Source: Octopus sinensis (lineage: Eukaryota). Taken from it: a DNA stretch of 64,000 nucleotides. Positions 39,620-51,590 of the stretch are shown one piece after another (the stretch's first letter is position 1; the number at the start of each line of letters is the position of its first letter). The position numbers were made by a program, and so were the translations under genes. The DNA is taken from positions 9,910 to 73,909 of the forward strand of contig NW_021832270.1 in NCBI RefSeq assembly GCF_006345805.1, read 5' to 3'. The notes beneath the pieces are model-generated. The model was given only the letters and a program-made list of their open reading frames with translations, was not told the origin of the DNA and made no database searches.

Positions 39620-39844
39620 TTAAAGTGTTACTTTATCTAAGAAATTTGATGGTTGAAGAACTGCATTTTTATTGGTACCAACTTTGTGGCTAGCATTTTG
39701 TGTCTTTATGATGGAGGTGGTCTTATTCAATATATGTAATAAATGCAGCACATGTATACAGTAATACCTTGGTTTATGAACGCCTCTGATCACAAATAAA
39801 TTGTGCTTTATATATTTATCTATCTATCAATCTCTCTCTATATA

Positions 39845-40025
39845 TATATATCGTTAGCCACTACACACATTTTTTTCTCTCCTTGTTTTTTTCTGTGTCC
39901 CTTTCTGTAGAAGAGCGTAGGCTCGAAACGTAAAAGACTTTTTCTATTCCTGAGCACTATACTAATACATCTGTTTGTTTTGTACACCACCTGTCTTCGT
40001 CTTTTGTTTTTTCGTAAAATTTCCC
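39845..40025 (+). mobile_element. Repeat with a non-canonical hammerhead-like motif (family of 24880-25040)
   Basis: CTTT-CTGTAGA-A-GAGC GTAG GCTC-GAAA-CGT-A-AAAG at 39901-39936; (TA)n flanks. Confidence 0.5.
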
Positions 40026-40056
40026 TATATATATTTATATGTGTGTGTGTGTGTGT

Positions 40057-40362
40057 GTGGAGGTGCATTGGCCCAGTGGTTAGGGCCGCGGACTCGCGGT
40101 TGTAGGATCGCTGTTTCGATTCCCAGACTGGGCGTTGTGAGTATTTATTGAGTGAAAACACCTAAAGCTCCACGAAGCTCCAACAAGGGGTGGTGGTGAT
40201 CCCTGCTGTACTCTTTCACCACAACTTTCTCTCACTCTTTCTTCTGTTGGCCTGCTCACTTAGCCAGTGGGGTAGCGTCATTCGAAGGCTAAAACAATGC
40301 GAGGCACATTGTGACCAGCGATGAGTAGCAACATCTGATAGCCTGGTCGGTCATGGTGATCA
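40057..40362 (+). mobile_element. tRNA-derived SINE family D
   Basis: Homologous to 25937-26232; B-box GTTTCGATTCC. Confidence 0.75.
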
Positions 40363-40475
40363 CATACATATATATATATATATAAAAAGCATGATTTATT
40401 CATGATCAGAGTTGTTCGAAAACCGAGGTACTACTATACTTGTAAAGGTGCAGGAGTGGTTGTGTGGTAAGAAGG

Positions 40476-40697
40476 CAGTGAACTGGCAGAAACATTAGCA
40501 CGCTGGGCGAAATGCTTAGTGGTATTTCATCTGTCGCTATGTTCTGAGTTCAAATTCCGCTGAGGTTGTCTTTACCTTTCATCCTTTCAGGGTTGATAAA
40601 TTAAGTACCAGTTATGCACTGGGGATGATGTAATGGACTGAATCCGTTTGTCCTTGTTTGTCCCCTCTGTGTTTAGTCCTTGTGGGTAGTAAAGAAA
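40476..40697 (+). mobile_element. SINE family B nested in the head of family A
   Basis: Duplication TAAGAAGG at 40468-40475 and 40698-40705. Confidence 0.75.
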
Positions 40698-40914
40698 TAA
40701 GAAGGTTACTTCCCAACTGCTTGGTTCTGGGTTCAGTTCTACTGCATGGCATTTTGGGAAAAGCGTCTTCTACTATAGCCTCAGGCTGACCAAAGCCCTG
40801 TGAGTGGATTTAGTAGACAGAAACTGTAAGAATCCCACTGTATACATATGTATGTATTTGTGTGTCTGTGTTTGTTCCCCATCATGACTTGACAACCATT
40901 GTTGGTGTGTTTAC

Positions 40915-41290
40915 ATCTTCTTCTTCTTTTTCATCACTTCATTCTTCTTCTTCTTCATCATCACTTCTTGTTCTTCTTCTTCATCACTTCTTCTTGTCTT
41001 CTTCATCACTTCTTCTTCTTCATCACTTCTTTGTCTTTTTCTTCACTTCTTCTTCTTCATCACTTCTTCTTCGCTTCTTCTTCTTCACTTTTTCTTCTTC
41101 TTCACTTTTTCTTCTTCATCATTTCTTCTTCTTCATCACTTCTTCTTCTTCACTTTCTTCTTCTTCTTCTTCTTCATAATTTTCTTCTTCTTCACTTTCT
41201 TCTTCTTCTTCTTCATAATCTTCTTCTTCTTCATTATTTTCTTCTTCATCATTGTTTTCTTCTTCTTCTTCTTCTTCTTCTCCTCCTTCA
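40915..41290. repeat. (CTT)n/(CAT) compound microsatellite
   Basis: Direct inspection. Confidence 0.9.
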
Positions 41291-41736
41291 TTGAGTGTCT
41301 GCCATTCTGCACTTTTAAAAAATAATAATAATAGAGTTATTAATATAACTCCTTCCCCCACCCTACCCCTACCTCCAGTACTTAACTGCTCCTTATTTTA
41401 TCAGACGTCCCCCCACAACACCACCACCACCACCACCACCACCACCACCACCAGTGCAGAATGCAATATCCAGTGCAAGGCATTAAACTTACAAGGGGTG
41501 GTTTGCTATATTGATACAGGGTGGGAGAGTGTGTGTGGGTGGGGGTGGTGGTGGTATATTGTGGTTGCTACATCATTTGTTGATCCCTGAGGGATGAAAA
41601 GGAAGATTGAAATGATAAAGAAAGAAAAGGAAAAAAAGAAAAAGAAAAAGAACCTTGCATGAAAGTTGAGTTTGAGAACTTGCAATGAATGGGCAATTTA
41701 GTCTGAGTACTATTGTAGCATTTCTGACAGTAAATA

Positions 41737-41869
41737 ATAATAATGATGATGATGATGAATGATGATAATAATAGTAATAATAATAATAATAGTAATAATA
41801 ATAATAGTAATAATAATAATAATAATAATGATAATAATAATAATAGTAATAATAATAATAATTGTAATA

Positions 41870-41900
<31 letters not shown>

Positions 41901-41920
41901 TAGTAATAATAATAATAATT

Positions 41921-41953
<33 letters not shown>

Positions 41954-42280
41954 GTAATAATAATTGTAATAATAGTAATAATAATAATAATAATAATAGT
42001 AATAATAATAATAGTAATAATAATAATAATTGTAATAATAGTAATAATAATAATAATAATAATAATAGTAATAATAATAATAGTAATAATAATAATAATA
42101 GTAATAATAATAATAATTGTAATAATAGTAATAATAATAATAATAATAGTAATAATAATAATAATAATAATAGTAATAGTAATAATAGTAATAATAATAG
42201 TAATAATAATAATAATAGTAATAATAATAATAATTGTAATAATAGTAATAATAATAATAATAATAATAGTAATAGTAATA

Positions 42281-42311
<31 letters not shown>

Positions 42312-42816
42312 TAGTAATAATAATAATAGTGATAATAATGATAATAATAGTAATAATAATAATAATGATAATAATAATAGTAATAGTAATAATAGTGATA
42401 ATAATGATAGAAGTATTAAATAATAATGATGATGATGACGACGATAGTAGTAGTAGTAATGATAATAATACTAGTTACACTGATAATGATAATAATAGTA
42501 ATGATACTAATAATAGTAGCAATAATGATGATAATGATAGTAATAGCAATAATGATAACGAGGCTGATGATGGTAAGAAGTATTAGTAGTAATAATCATG
42601 TAATAAGAATGATATTAATAGTTATGGTGATGATGGTATTACTAGTAACAATAATACTAATAATAGTAATGATAACAGCAATAATAAAGATAGTAATGAT
42701 GTTGGTGATGATGATGATGATGAAATGATAGTGATGTTGATGATGATGATGATGATGGAAATACTACTACTAATAATAATAGTTATGGTGATATCATTTG
42801 TAATAATAATAATAGC

Positions 42817-42848
<32 letters not shown>

Positions 42849-42883
42849 TAATAATAGTAATAATAATAATAATAATAATGATC

Positions 42884-42917
<34 letters not shown>

Positions 42918-42919
42918 TC

Positions 42920-42957
<38 letters not shown>

Positions 42958-43005
42958 GATCATAATAATGATAATATTAAGAAGAAGAAGAAGAAGAAGA
43001 ATAGA
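41737..43005. repeat. ~1.25-kb (AAT)n/(AGT)/(GAT) compound microsatellite
   Basis: Direct inspection. Confidence 0.95.
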
Positions 43006-43263
43006 AGTCAGATTGATATGGTTGTTGGAATAGTTAATCCGAGTAAGAGATTGAGAAGTGCCCATAGCCATGAGAGATGTTGCTAGACTGGGTGGTGGGT
43101 GGGGTTGGGGTCGGGGTGGAGAGTGGGGGAGAGAGGAAGAAGGGCAAGGGTTAGAAGTGATTGAGTGAGGTTAATGTAGTTCAGATTTGTTTTGAATTGT
43201 TGTTGATCTGTGGTTGGAGGGAATATGGAGGAATTGATGATCAGCCGAATATGTGTGTGTGTA

Positions 43264-43296
<33 letters not shown>

Positions 43297-43613
43297 GTGT
43301 ATATATATATATTCACACACATATGCATGCATACACACAGACATACACATGTCTGTGGCCAGGGGAAAGAGAATGAATGTCTGAGTGTCTTTGTGCGCAT
43401 GCACTTAAATATATACACGTGTGTGTGTATACATATATACATATATATATAATATATCCATACATGCCTGTATATATAGAGAGAGATACACGTGTACTTT
43501 ATATATATATAATATAATACATGTATTTGTGTGTGTGTTTGGTATGTTCATATATATATATGTATATATATTGTATTTATATATATATATATAATATATT
43601 ATATGTATAAATG

Positions 43614-43655
<42 letters not shown>

Positions 43656-43756
43656 TATGTATGTATATATATATATGTATTTATGTAATTTTATATTATA
43701 TATATTATATATATATATGTGATTTATATATTGTGTGTATTTATTTATTTATTATA

Positions 43757-43812
<56 letters not shown>

Positions 43813-44434
43813 TATATATATATGTATGAAATGTCTGATGTAAATGTATGGTGGTTGTTTGTTCTTAGCAGTTATACGTGTATGCTTTACAGCTATGTGA
43901 CAAAACAACACAACTGACGAAATGGCAAGATCGCAAAATAACAAAAAACTTTTGACTGTAAGCCCTTGTTGACTGGTTTAATTGTTAATCTCTACTATGC
44001 AGACGCATGAATGTAGGTGTGTGCCAATTTGTGGTGTATTCATCAGCCAGCACTGAGATGCCTCTGTTTACATATCCACTTTATACTGAGCGGGGCACAC
44101 ACGTGCTTATGTATGTTACCTCTGGTTTCATGTCGGAAGTAGAGCCTAGGTACGGACTGTAATTAATCTTACATTTCATCAACTCTGGTTGAATAATAAT
44201 GAAAAACGTGGGCTTGGTCTCTTAAGGGTAACCATAGGTCCTCCATAGGATTATTCCTTATATGGTACCAGTGGTAGCCTGCACATAAATAATTCTGTTA
44301 TATTCAATATACATGTGTGCGTGTATGTATGTATGTGCGTGTGTGTGTATATGATATATATATATATATATGAAAATAGTAATGCAATACGAGAGTATTG
44401 CTTTCCAGTAAAGGATAGCCCGTAAGGGTAAAAT

Positions 44435-44655
44435 TATATATATAAAAGTAAATAAATGGCACAACGAAGCACCGATATTTACTGGAAAATAGCGAACGTA
44501 ATAAATACGATGCTAATGTATAGCTTCACTGCGTATATACTAGTAAAGACGCGTGTGTGCAACAAACATGAAAAATATTGTCTTACCTCTAGGAAGAACA
44601 TTTTCCAGTAAATATCGGTGCTTCGTTGTGCCATTTATTTACTTTTATATATATA
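44435..44655. mobile_element. Foldback/MITE-like element with ~55-bp arms
   Basis: AAAAGTAAATAAATGGCACAACGAAGCACCGATATTTACTGGAAAAT mirrored exactly from 44600. Confidence 0.8.
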
Positions 44656-44666
44656 TATATATTACG

Positions 44667-44930
44667 TTGCAGCATCAAAGGTGTTTATAAGCCATTTAAG
44701 AAACACACAAAAACCATTAGATTCACTTCAACATTTAAATTTAATTTGTCAAAATATTTTCGTTGCTTTGACAAAATTCCGGGCTACATGCAGCACAGAA
44801 TTTTGTCAGTGAATAGGTCGAGGTCTCAAAGAGACAAAAATATTTTGTCAAATTAAATTTAAATGTTGAAGTGAATCTAACGGTTTTTGTGTGTTTCTTA
44901 AATGAGCTATAAACACTTTCCACGCTGCAA
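44667..44930. mobile_element. Foldback element with ~100-bp arms; single-arm relative at 47160-47335
   Basis: Arms 44667-44770 and about 44830-44930; shared tail GCACACGATCTCAG...AGTACATCTCTG. Confidence 0.75.
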
Positions 44931-45002
44931 TTCTTTTCGTTCTGGCACACGATCTCAGTTCAGGTCACATGCTATGCAAGTACATCTCTGTAATATATAT
45001 AT

Positions 45003-45037
<35 letters not shown>

Positions 45038-45081
45038 AAAAACTTAACTGTTGACAAAGGGCATGTGGCGTTCGATTATAG

Positions 45082-45233
45082 ATAATTAAAAGTAACATTA
45101 AGTACAGGACATCACTAGTGAGTAAAAAATATGTTAACACACGAGAGATAAGTATGTTCTGTACTCATGTTGGTGTGTTTATGTATTCTTCACTCACTGG
45201 TGATGTCCTGTACTTAATGTGTATTTTAATTAT
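45082..45233. mobile_element. Foldback element with ~42-bp arms
   Basis: ATAATTAAAAGTAACATTAAGTACAGGACATCACTAGTGAGT imperfectly mirrored at 45192-45233. Confidence 0.7.
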
Positions 45234-45240
45234 ATATATA

Positions 45241-45276
<36 letters not shown>

Positions 45277-45278
<2 letters not shown>

Positions 45279-45440
45279 CGTAGGAGTGGCTGTGTGGTAA
45301 GTAGCTTGTTACCAACCACATGGTTCCGGGTTCAGTCCCAACCGCGTGGCACTTGGGCAAATGTCTTCTACTATAGCCTCGGGCTGACCAATGCCTTGTG
45401 AGTGGATTTGGTAGACAGAAACTGAAAGAAGCCCGTCGTA

Positions 45441-45471
<31 letters not shown>

Positions 45472-45672
45472 GTTCGTGTATCTGCGTTTGTCCCTCCAAC
45501 ATCGCTTCACAACCGATGCTGGTGTGTTTACGTCCCCGTAACTTAGTGGTTCGGCAAAAGAGACTGATAGAATAAGCACTGGGCTTACAAAGAATAAGTC
45601 CCGGGGTCGAGTTGCTCGAATAAAGGTGGTGCTCCAGCATGGCCGCAGTCAAATGACTGAAACAAGTAAAAA
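45277..45672 (+). mobile_element. SINE family A, complete
   Basis: Same structure as 57912-58327. Confidence 0.85.
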
Positions 45673-45699
45673 AAGAAAAGAAAAATATGTATATTGATA

Positions 45700-45983
45700 T
45701 TAATGGTAAGACAACAAAAGAATGAAAGAGACCTCGATATTATGTAAATAGAGGAATTTATCTGTAAAAGTAATACGTGACAATTATTTTGTAGCCACTT
45801 AGCAGTTATTCAAATAGCTGTTTTGTCTTAATAATGGTCAGTCACACAATGGTCATTTTTCATAGCATTTTTTCCGATGGCCGGATAACTGAAGAGATGG
45901 CGGCATGGATTTCCACCTCGGTATCCGAAACTTGGAACTTTATCATGGCTACCGAATAATTGTCACATATTACTTTTACAGAT
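45700..45983. mobile_element. Inverted-tandem copy of the 58560-58725 element, carrying a damaged hammerhead (45884-45944, +)
   Basis: 45760-45797 mirrored at 45945-45983; GATAA-CTGAAGA...GAAA...TTATC. Confidence 0.65.
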
Positions 45984-46100
45984 ATATATATATAGGAGAA
46001 GAAAATGTATATAATAACAAGGAGAAAATCATGGGTTTCATAGGTATGCCTTTAATTTAATTAGATAACAAAGAAGGAGGACTATATATATATATATGTA

Positions 46101-46333
46101 TATAACAATAATTAAGGGTTTAGCAACAAGTTGCTTAACCACATACCGAAAAATTTAGAAATAGCAGCCAAAAGACCGTTATTTCTTTATGCTGCAAAAT
46201 ATGACTCCACTGAGGGTTGTCTGTGGAGTCATAATTTTGTAGCGTAAAGAAATAACGGCCTTTTGGCTGCTATTTCTAAATTTTTGGGTATGTGGTTAAG
46301 CAACTTATTGCTAAACTCTTAATTATTGTTATA
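46101..46333. mobile_element. Long foldback with ~110-bp arms and a 12-nt loop
   Basis: Centre GACTCCAC-TGAGGGTTGTCT-GTGGAGTC; few mismatches between arms. Confidence 0.85.
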
Positions 46334-46334
46334 A

Positions 46335-46734
46335 TCTTTATATATAAAAGTCAAGTTGTGTGTCTGTCTTCTACGATTTAGATTCCTAACTACTCCCACA
46401 TTTTGCGGTGCAGTGTAACCAAAACCGGGTATCTTATAGTCGTGATTCATATCGAGCTCTTCTGGGTATTAGCACACGTCTACGATGAGTCTACGATTTA
46501 AAAAAAAAATTTACCATAATTTTTTCCCATTTTTAATGCATTTATTTGGCTATTATATAAGGGAAGTAACTCTCTAAAAATGTATTATTAAATCTCAGAA
46601 CGTAAAAAGCTACAGTAACCCCCCCCCCCTTTGTGGTTAGCCATATTGAGATGGCTATTATACTTTACATCTCTAAAAATGCTTATATAGTTATTTCCCT
46701 TACAAACCCGAGCAACACCAGGCGATACTGCTAG
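46335..46734 (+). mobile_element. Non-autonomous Helitron-like element
   Basis: A|TCTTTATATATAAA...CCCGAGCAACACCAGGCGATACTGCTAG|T; last ~60 bp shared with 9917-10297. Confidence 0.7.
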
Positions 46735-46846
46735 TTATATATAAAACTTCTTGTATAAGTTTTTACCGAATATGGTTCCTTTCCATACCGAAACCACTTT
46801 GGTGAAATTTATTAATTATAAATTCATAATTTTTTACCCTAATCTA

Positions 46847-46882
<36 letters not shown>

Positions 46883-46983
46883 CAATTGAGGATAAAATCT
46901 TAAAAGAAATATCAGTAGTCAGCGTGTGAAAAACCTCGTAAGAGAAAAAATCCGTAAATTCCTCCTCTTTGAAAATATTCATT

Positions 46984-47139
46984 TATATTATATTGAGGGT
47001 ACTACTATTCGTAGATACCAACACGCTAGAAGAGGGACCAATGCGGTCAAAACTACTAAGTTTATTTTAGTAGTTTTGACCGCATTGGTCCCTCTTAGCG
47101 GTTGGTATCTACGAATAGTAGTACCCTCAATATAATATA
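46984..47139. mobile_element. Near-perfect palindrome with ~74-bp arms and a 7-nt loop
   Basis: + ORF 46926-47135 and - ORF 46988-47206 translate to nearly the same peptide. Confidence 0.9.
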
Positions 47140-47340
47140 TATATATATATATATACGTGAACAATTGCAGCGTGGAAGGTGTTTGTAAGACATTTAAGAA
47201 ACACACAAAAGCCGTTCAATTCACTTCAACATTTAAGTTTAATTTGTCAAAAATTTTCGTCGCTAACATCCGTTTTTCATTCCAGCACACGATCTCAGAT
47301 CAAATCACTTGCTATGCGAGTACATCTCTGTTATATATAT

Positions 47341-47555
47341 ACGCGGTGGTATCAAAAGTTTCTTGGACTAGTTATATCTAATAAAAAATAACTTGTTTAC
47401 CTAAGTTTTAGCATCATCTCCTTCAAAATAGCCACCTTGCACAGCAACACACCAGTCCCAGCATTCCTGCCACTTTTGGAATCTGACATGGAAGTAATTT
47501 TCCCTAAGTGACTCAAAGACCTTCTGCAATTCATCTGGATCTCGATAACAGTGTT
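47341..47555 (-). mobile_element. Mariner-type transposon 3' end
   Basis: Minus strand FQKWQECWDWCVAVQGGYFEGD (mariner C-terminal pattern); terminus next to TA. Confidence 0.7.
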
Positions 47556-47564
47556 TTTGAGATC

Positions 47565-47720
47565 CTAGTATCCCAGGATTCCCTATTTGTCTTGGGCATG
47601 CTCAGGGAGTTTCAGCTCTATTCAGCATGCTAAAAAAGAGGGAAGAAAGACCTTTGTGTTATGGGTTGACTTGCTAAATACATTCGGACAGCTCCTATAC
47701 TTTGAAACTACAAAGTACCA
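47565..47720 (+). mobile_element. HERO/NeSL-like non-LTR RT fragment, frameshifted
   Basis: SIPGFPICLGHAQ / IQHAKKEGRKTFVLWVDLLNTFG resembles GIPGFxGCLEH...AKxExxxLxVVWLDLANAYG. Confidence 0.5.
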
Positions 47721-48433
47721 GATTGTTTTTGAATGCTGAGATTTGTGTCAGATTGTAGAGGAATTGGCTCCTGCAAGTCTAAAAGTGGCCCTCGACAGGC
47801 CGTATATCATGGCTGTGTGCTATGAGTCCATTAAGGAGTCGAGGGTTCAAGGCAATGCACATGTGTATATACATAAATGCCTGCATGTAAATGCACAGAA
47901 ATATGTATAATTAATGTGAATTACCGAGAGCATTCATGGCTCCACCTAGTGTAAGCAAAAATGTCCAAGATATATACTGAATGTTGCAACAGCGCCCCTA
48001 TGACTCCACTAAGGAGATGAGGGCCCAAGGAAAAACATGCATGGGTGTGCAGTAAACACATGAACACAAGCATATCAACACACAAACACTTGTATAGTTG
48101 TGTGTAAAGTATTGTGGAAAATTGATGCAACAATTTCTTATTGTGGTCGAACAGTTTAATCTCGGAAGAAAAGCATTGTAGTGTCTAACGACTTACAAAC
48201 AACACACAAACAAACAATACCCAAATACACACAAACAATACATACACACACATACAAACACACACACACACACAATACACACGTACAAACAACACACACA
48301 CTCTCATACATGCATATATAAATGATATATACTCGCAGAAAAGAATATGTATGCGTATATATTATATACACACCCAGAAAATACATGTGTGTGTATACAA
48401 GCACGCACACACACATCCTGAAAATATAATTGC

Positions 48434-48469
<36 letters not shown>

Positions 48470-49237
48470 GAATACACCCTCACTGAAAAATACACACATT
48501 TTTTATGTGCACATATATATATATACATATATATCTATATTCTATATTATATATATATATATATATATATTATATTATATATAATATATATATATATATA
48601 TATTAAATAAATGAATGAATATACAACCTCACTGAAAGATACATTTTTTTATGTGCATATATATATATATGTATGTATATATTCATAAACACACACATTA
48701 CACCCAGTTCTCTAGTCAATGAAATACAATCTTGTGTTATAATAGATATTTTATTACTTATATGTTAAGCATTATTACATTACTTCGTTTCATTGTTTCT
48801 TATATAATTTTTCTTTTACAAAAAAAAAACACACCAAAAAAATACCATAAATATGTTAATACACCAAAAATTACTTTGGTCTTTATAACCTACACTTTGC
48901 CATTAGTCATTAACGATAACGAGTGATGTGATAGGAATGAGGTATAATAAATATCAATGGTGAAAGCCATTTATGTTTATTGCTGTTGTTGTTGTTGTTT
49001 AGCTGTCAGAATTTTGGCAAAAATCAAATAGCCCACAATGAATCTTTTGTTTCCAGCCATGACTGTCCTGTCATTTTGTTGCCTGTGTAGGACTACATAT
49101 ATATATATATATAAAGTTAAATGTGTCTTTTTTTTTTCTTGATGTTGTTCTTGTTGTTGCTTAACCTCGTGTCAGACCAATGACTACCTGTCTGTTTGTA
49201 TATAGAGAGCCTTAAATGTCGTAGAAAGTTGAACGTG

Positions 49238-49632
49238 TCATAAAGGGCTGCATGTGTCACAAGAGAGCTACATGTGCCACAAGAGGGCTGCATGTGTCAT
49301 AGAGGGCTACATATGCCGTGAGGGCTACGTATGTCATAGGAGGCTGCATGTGTGATAAGAGGGCTACATGTGATAAGAGGTCTACATGTGATATTAGGGC
49401 TATGTGTGATAAGAGAGCTACATGTCATAATGGGGCTGCATGTGTTAGAGAGCTACACATATCATAGAGATCCACATATGTCATAGGGGCTGTATGTGTC
49501 TTAAGAGGGCTACATGTACCATATAGGGCTATTCATGTCAAAGAGACCCATATGTGTCAGAGAGGGCTACATGTTTTATAGGGTGCTACATATGCCAGAA
49601 GGCAATATCTGTCAGACAGCTACATGTGTAAT
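49238..49632. repeat. Degenerate ~19-20-bp minisatellite (AGAGGGCTACATGTGTCAT), about 20 units
   Basis: Direct inspection. Confidence 0.85.
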
Positions 49633-49858
49633 ACCATGTTGAGTATATGTAGATCTAATTGAATACACTTCCTCCAATTAACCCGCTTCACAGCTCATTT
49701 GAAGGCTTGTGTCTCCTAGCAACTATTGCACATATGTTCAACATGCTCTTCCTCTTCTCTTTATCTTCCTACCCCTCCTCCTCTACCTCCTCCTACTAGT
49801 TCCTACAATAGGAGTTGAACTAAACTTTGTCTTTTCTTATCCAACAATGTAGTTACAT

Positions 49859-49890
<32 letters not shown>

Positions 49891-49990
49891 CAAACACACA
49901 CACACACACATATACATATGTATACACAAATATACATATATTTATGTTTATGTACATATGTATTCATTTATATGTATGTATGTGTGTGTG

Positions 49991-50032
<42 letters not shown>

Positions 50033-50179
50033 GTATATATATGTATTTTTTTTCAATGTGTTCAAATAACATGGACAAAATAAATAAATAGTTACCAGGA
50101 TAGCAAAAATTCACCTAAGTGCCAAGGATATTACAGCCTACTTATAAAGGTAGAATTTCCAGGGTTTTTGTATAACATG

Positions 50180-50404
50180 GATAAATTAAGAAATGAAGTC
50201 AAATGCAGGTGTTATTCAAGCCATTTATTCTTCCAACATATGTTTCGAAGAAAGCATTGAGATCATTCTGGAGGGAATAAAAATGCATTGTTTTACATCA
50301 TCTTTATTCCCTCCGGAATAATCTCAATGCTTTCATCGAAACATATGTTGGAAGAATAAATGGTTTGAATAACACCTGCATTTGACTTCATTTCTTAATT
50401 TATC
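50180..50404. mobile_element. Foldback with ~100-bp arms and a ~20-nt loop
   Basis: GATAAATTAAGAAATGAAGTCAAATGCAGGTGTTATTCAA mirrored, ending at 50404. Confidence 0.85.
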
Positions 50405-51039
50405 TTTATACATGTGTATGTATATATGTATACACACACACACACACATTTATATATGCATATGTTTACATACTTATGTGCACATACACATATATTTACA
50501 TATACATATGTGTGTATATATATATACACACATATATACAAGCACACAACACACACATGATGGTCATCCGCACAGGTTCCATGTATCAGATTCCCTCATG
50601 AGGTGTTGGTTGGCCCAGGGCTGTAGTGGAAGGCACTTGCCCAGGGTGTCGCTGTGCAATGAAACTGAACCCAAGACTACTTATTTGGAAAATGAGCTTT
50701 TTTAATTACACACCATTAGAAAGACCCTCCCCCCCATTACACCCCACCCCATGGTAAATCTTCCGTTCGACAGGAGACTAACAACATTGAAAATGAGAAA
50801 TGCAGCAAATACGAATCTTCACAACTAACAACCTCATTGTATGACGATGATTTGGAGGAAGGACAGTGGCCGGAAGATGTGTGAGGGGCAGTTGGTGTGT
50901 TGTAGAAAGAATGGTTTACACCATTCCTGTTTGTCTGTCTGTTTGTATTTTACAACAGCACATTTCTCATCGCAATAACTATGTTCCTCTCATCATTATC
51001 AGTTCTGATTATAATAATCTCTATAGAAAGAATTATATT

Positions 51040-51048
51040 TTGTCTGCT

Positions 51049-51125
<77 letters not shown>

Positions 51126-51275
51126 TCTCTCTCTTCTCTCTCTCTCTCCTTTTCTCTCTCTTTCTCTCTCTCTCTCTCTCATCTCGTCTTTCTCCTCTCT
51201 CTCTTTCAATCTCTCTCTTTCTCTCTCTCCATCTCTCTCTTTCTCTCTCTCTCTCTCCCTCTCTCTATCTCTCAT
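51040..51275. repeat. (CT)n microsatellite
   Basis: Direct inspection. Confidence 0.9.
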
Positions 51276-51559
51276 ACACCCCCCCCATCATAGTTAATTC
51301 TGTCTGTCAGTCTAACTGTCCGTGTATGCCTGTTAACGCTGTTTAATAATCTGTTTCTGGTATAATCTGTTTAAATACAGCAATAATCACTAGACATAAT
51401 TTTCAGCAATCTTTTTTTTCTCCTCTTCTCTTTTTAATTGTCTTTCTCTGTCAGCATGTCTTCATGTTTATTTGACTGTTTAATTTGACTGTCTGACTCT
51501 AATTATGTTATCCACCCCCTTACCCATCCATTCCGCCATCTTGTGTGTTTACCATTATA

Positions 51560-51590
<31 letters not shown>

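Noticed and set aside
46984-47139. Hammerhead in this palindrome (CTAGAAGA / CTAAGA...AAAAC)
   Set aside because: Both core strands deviate in both arms; not counted as a motif
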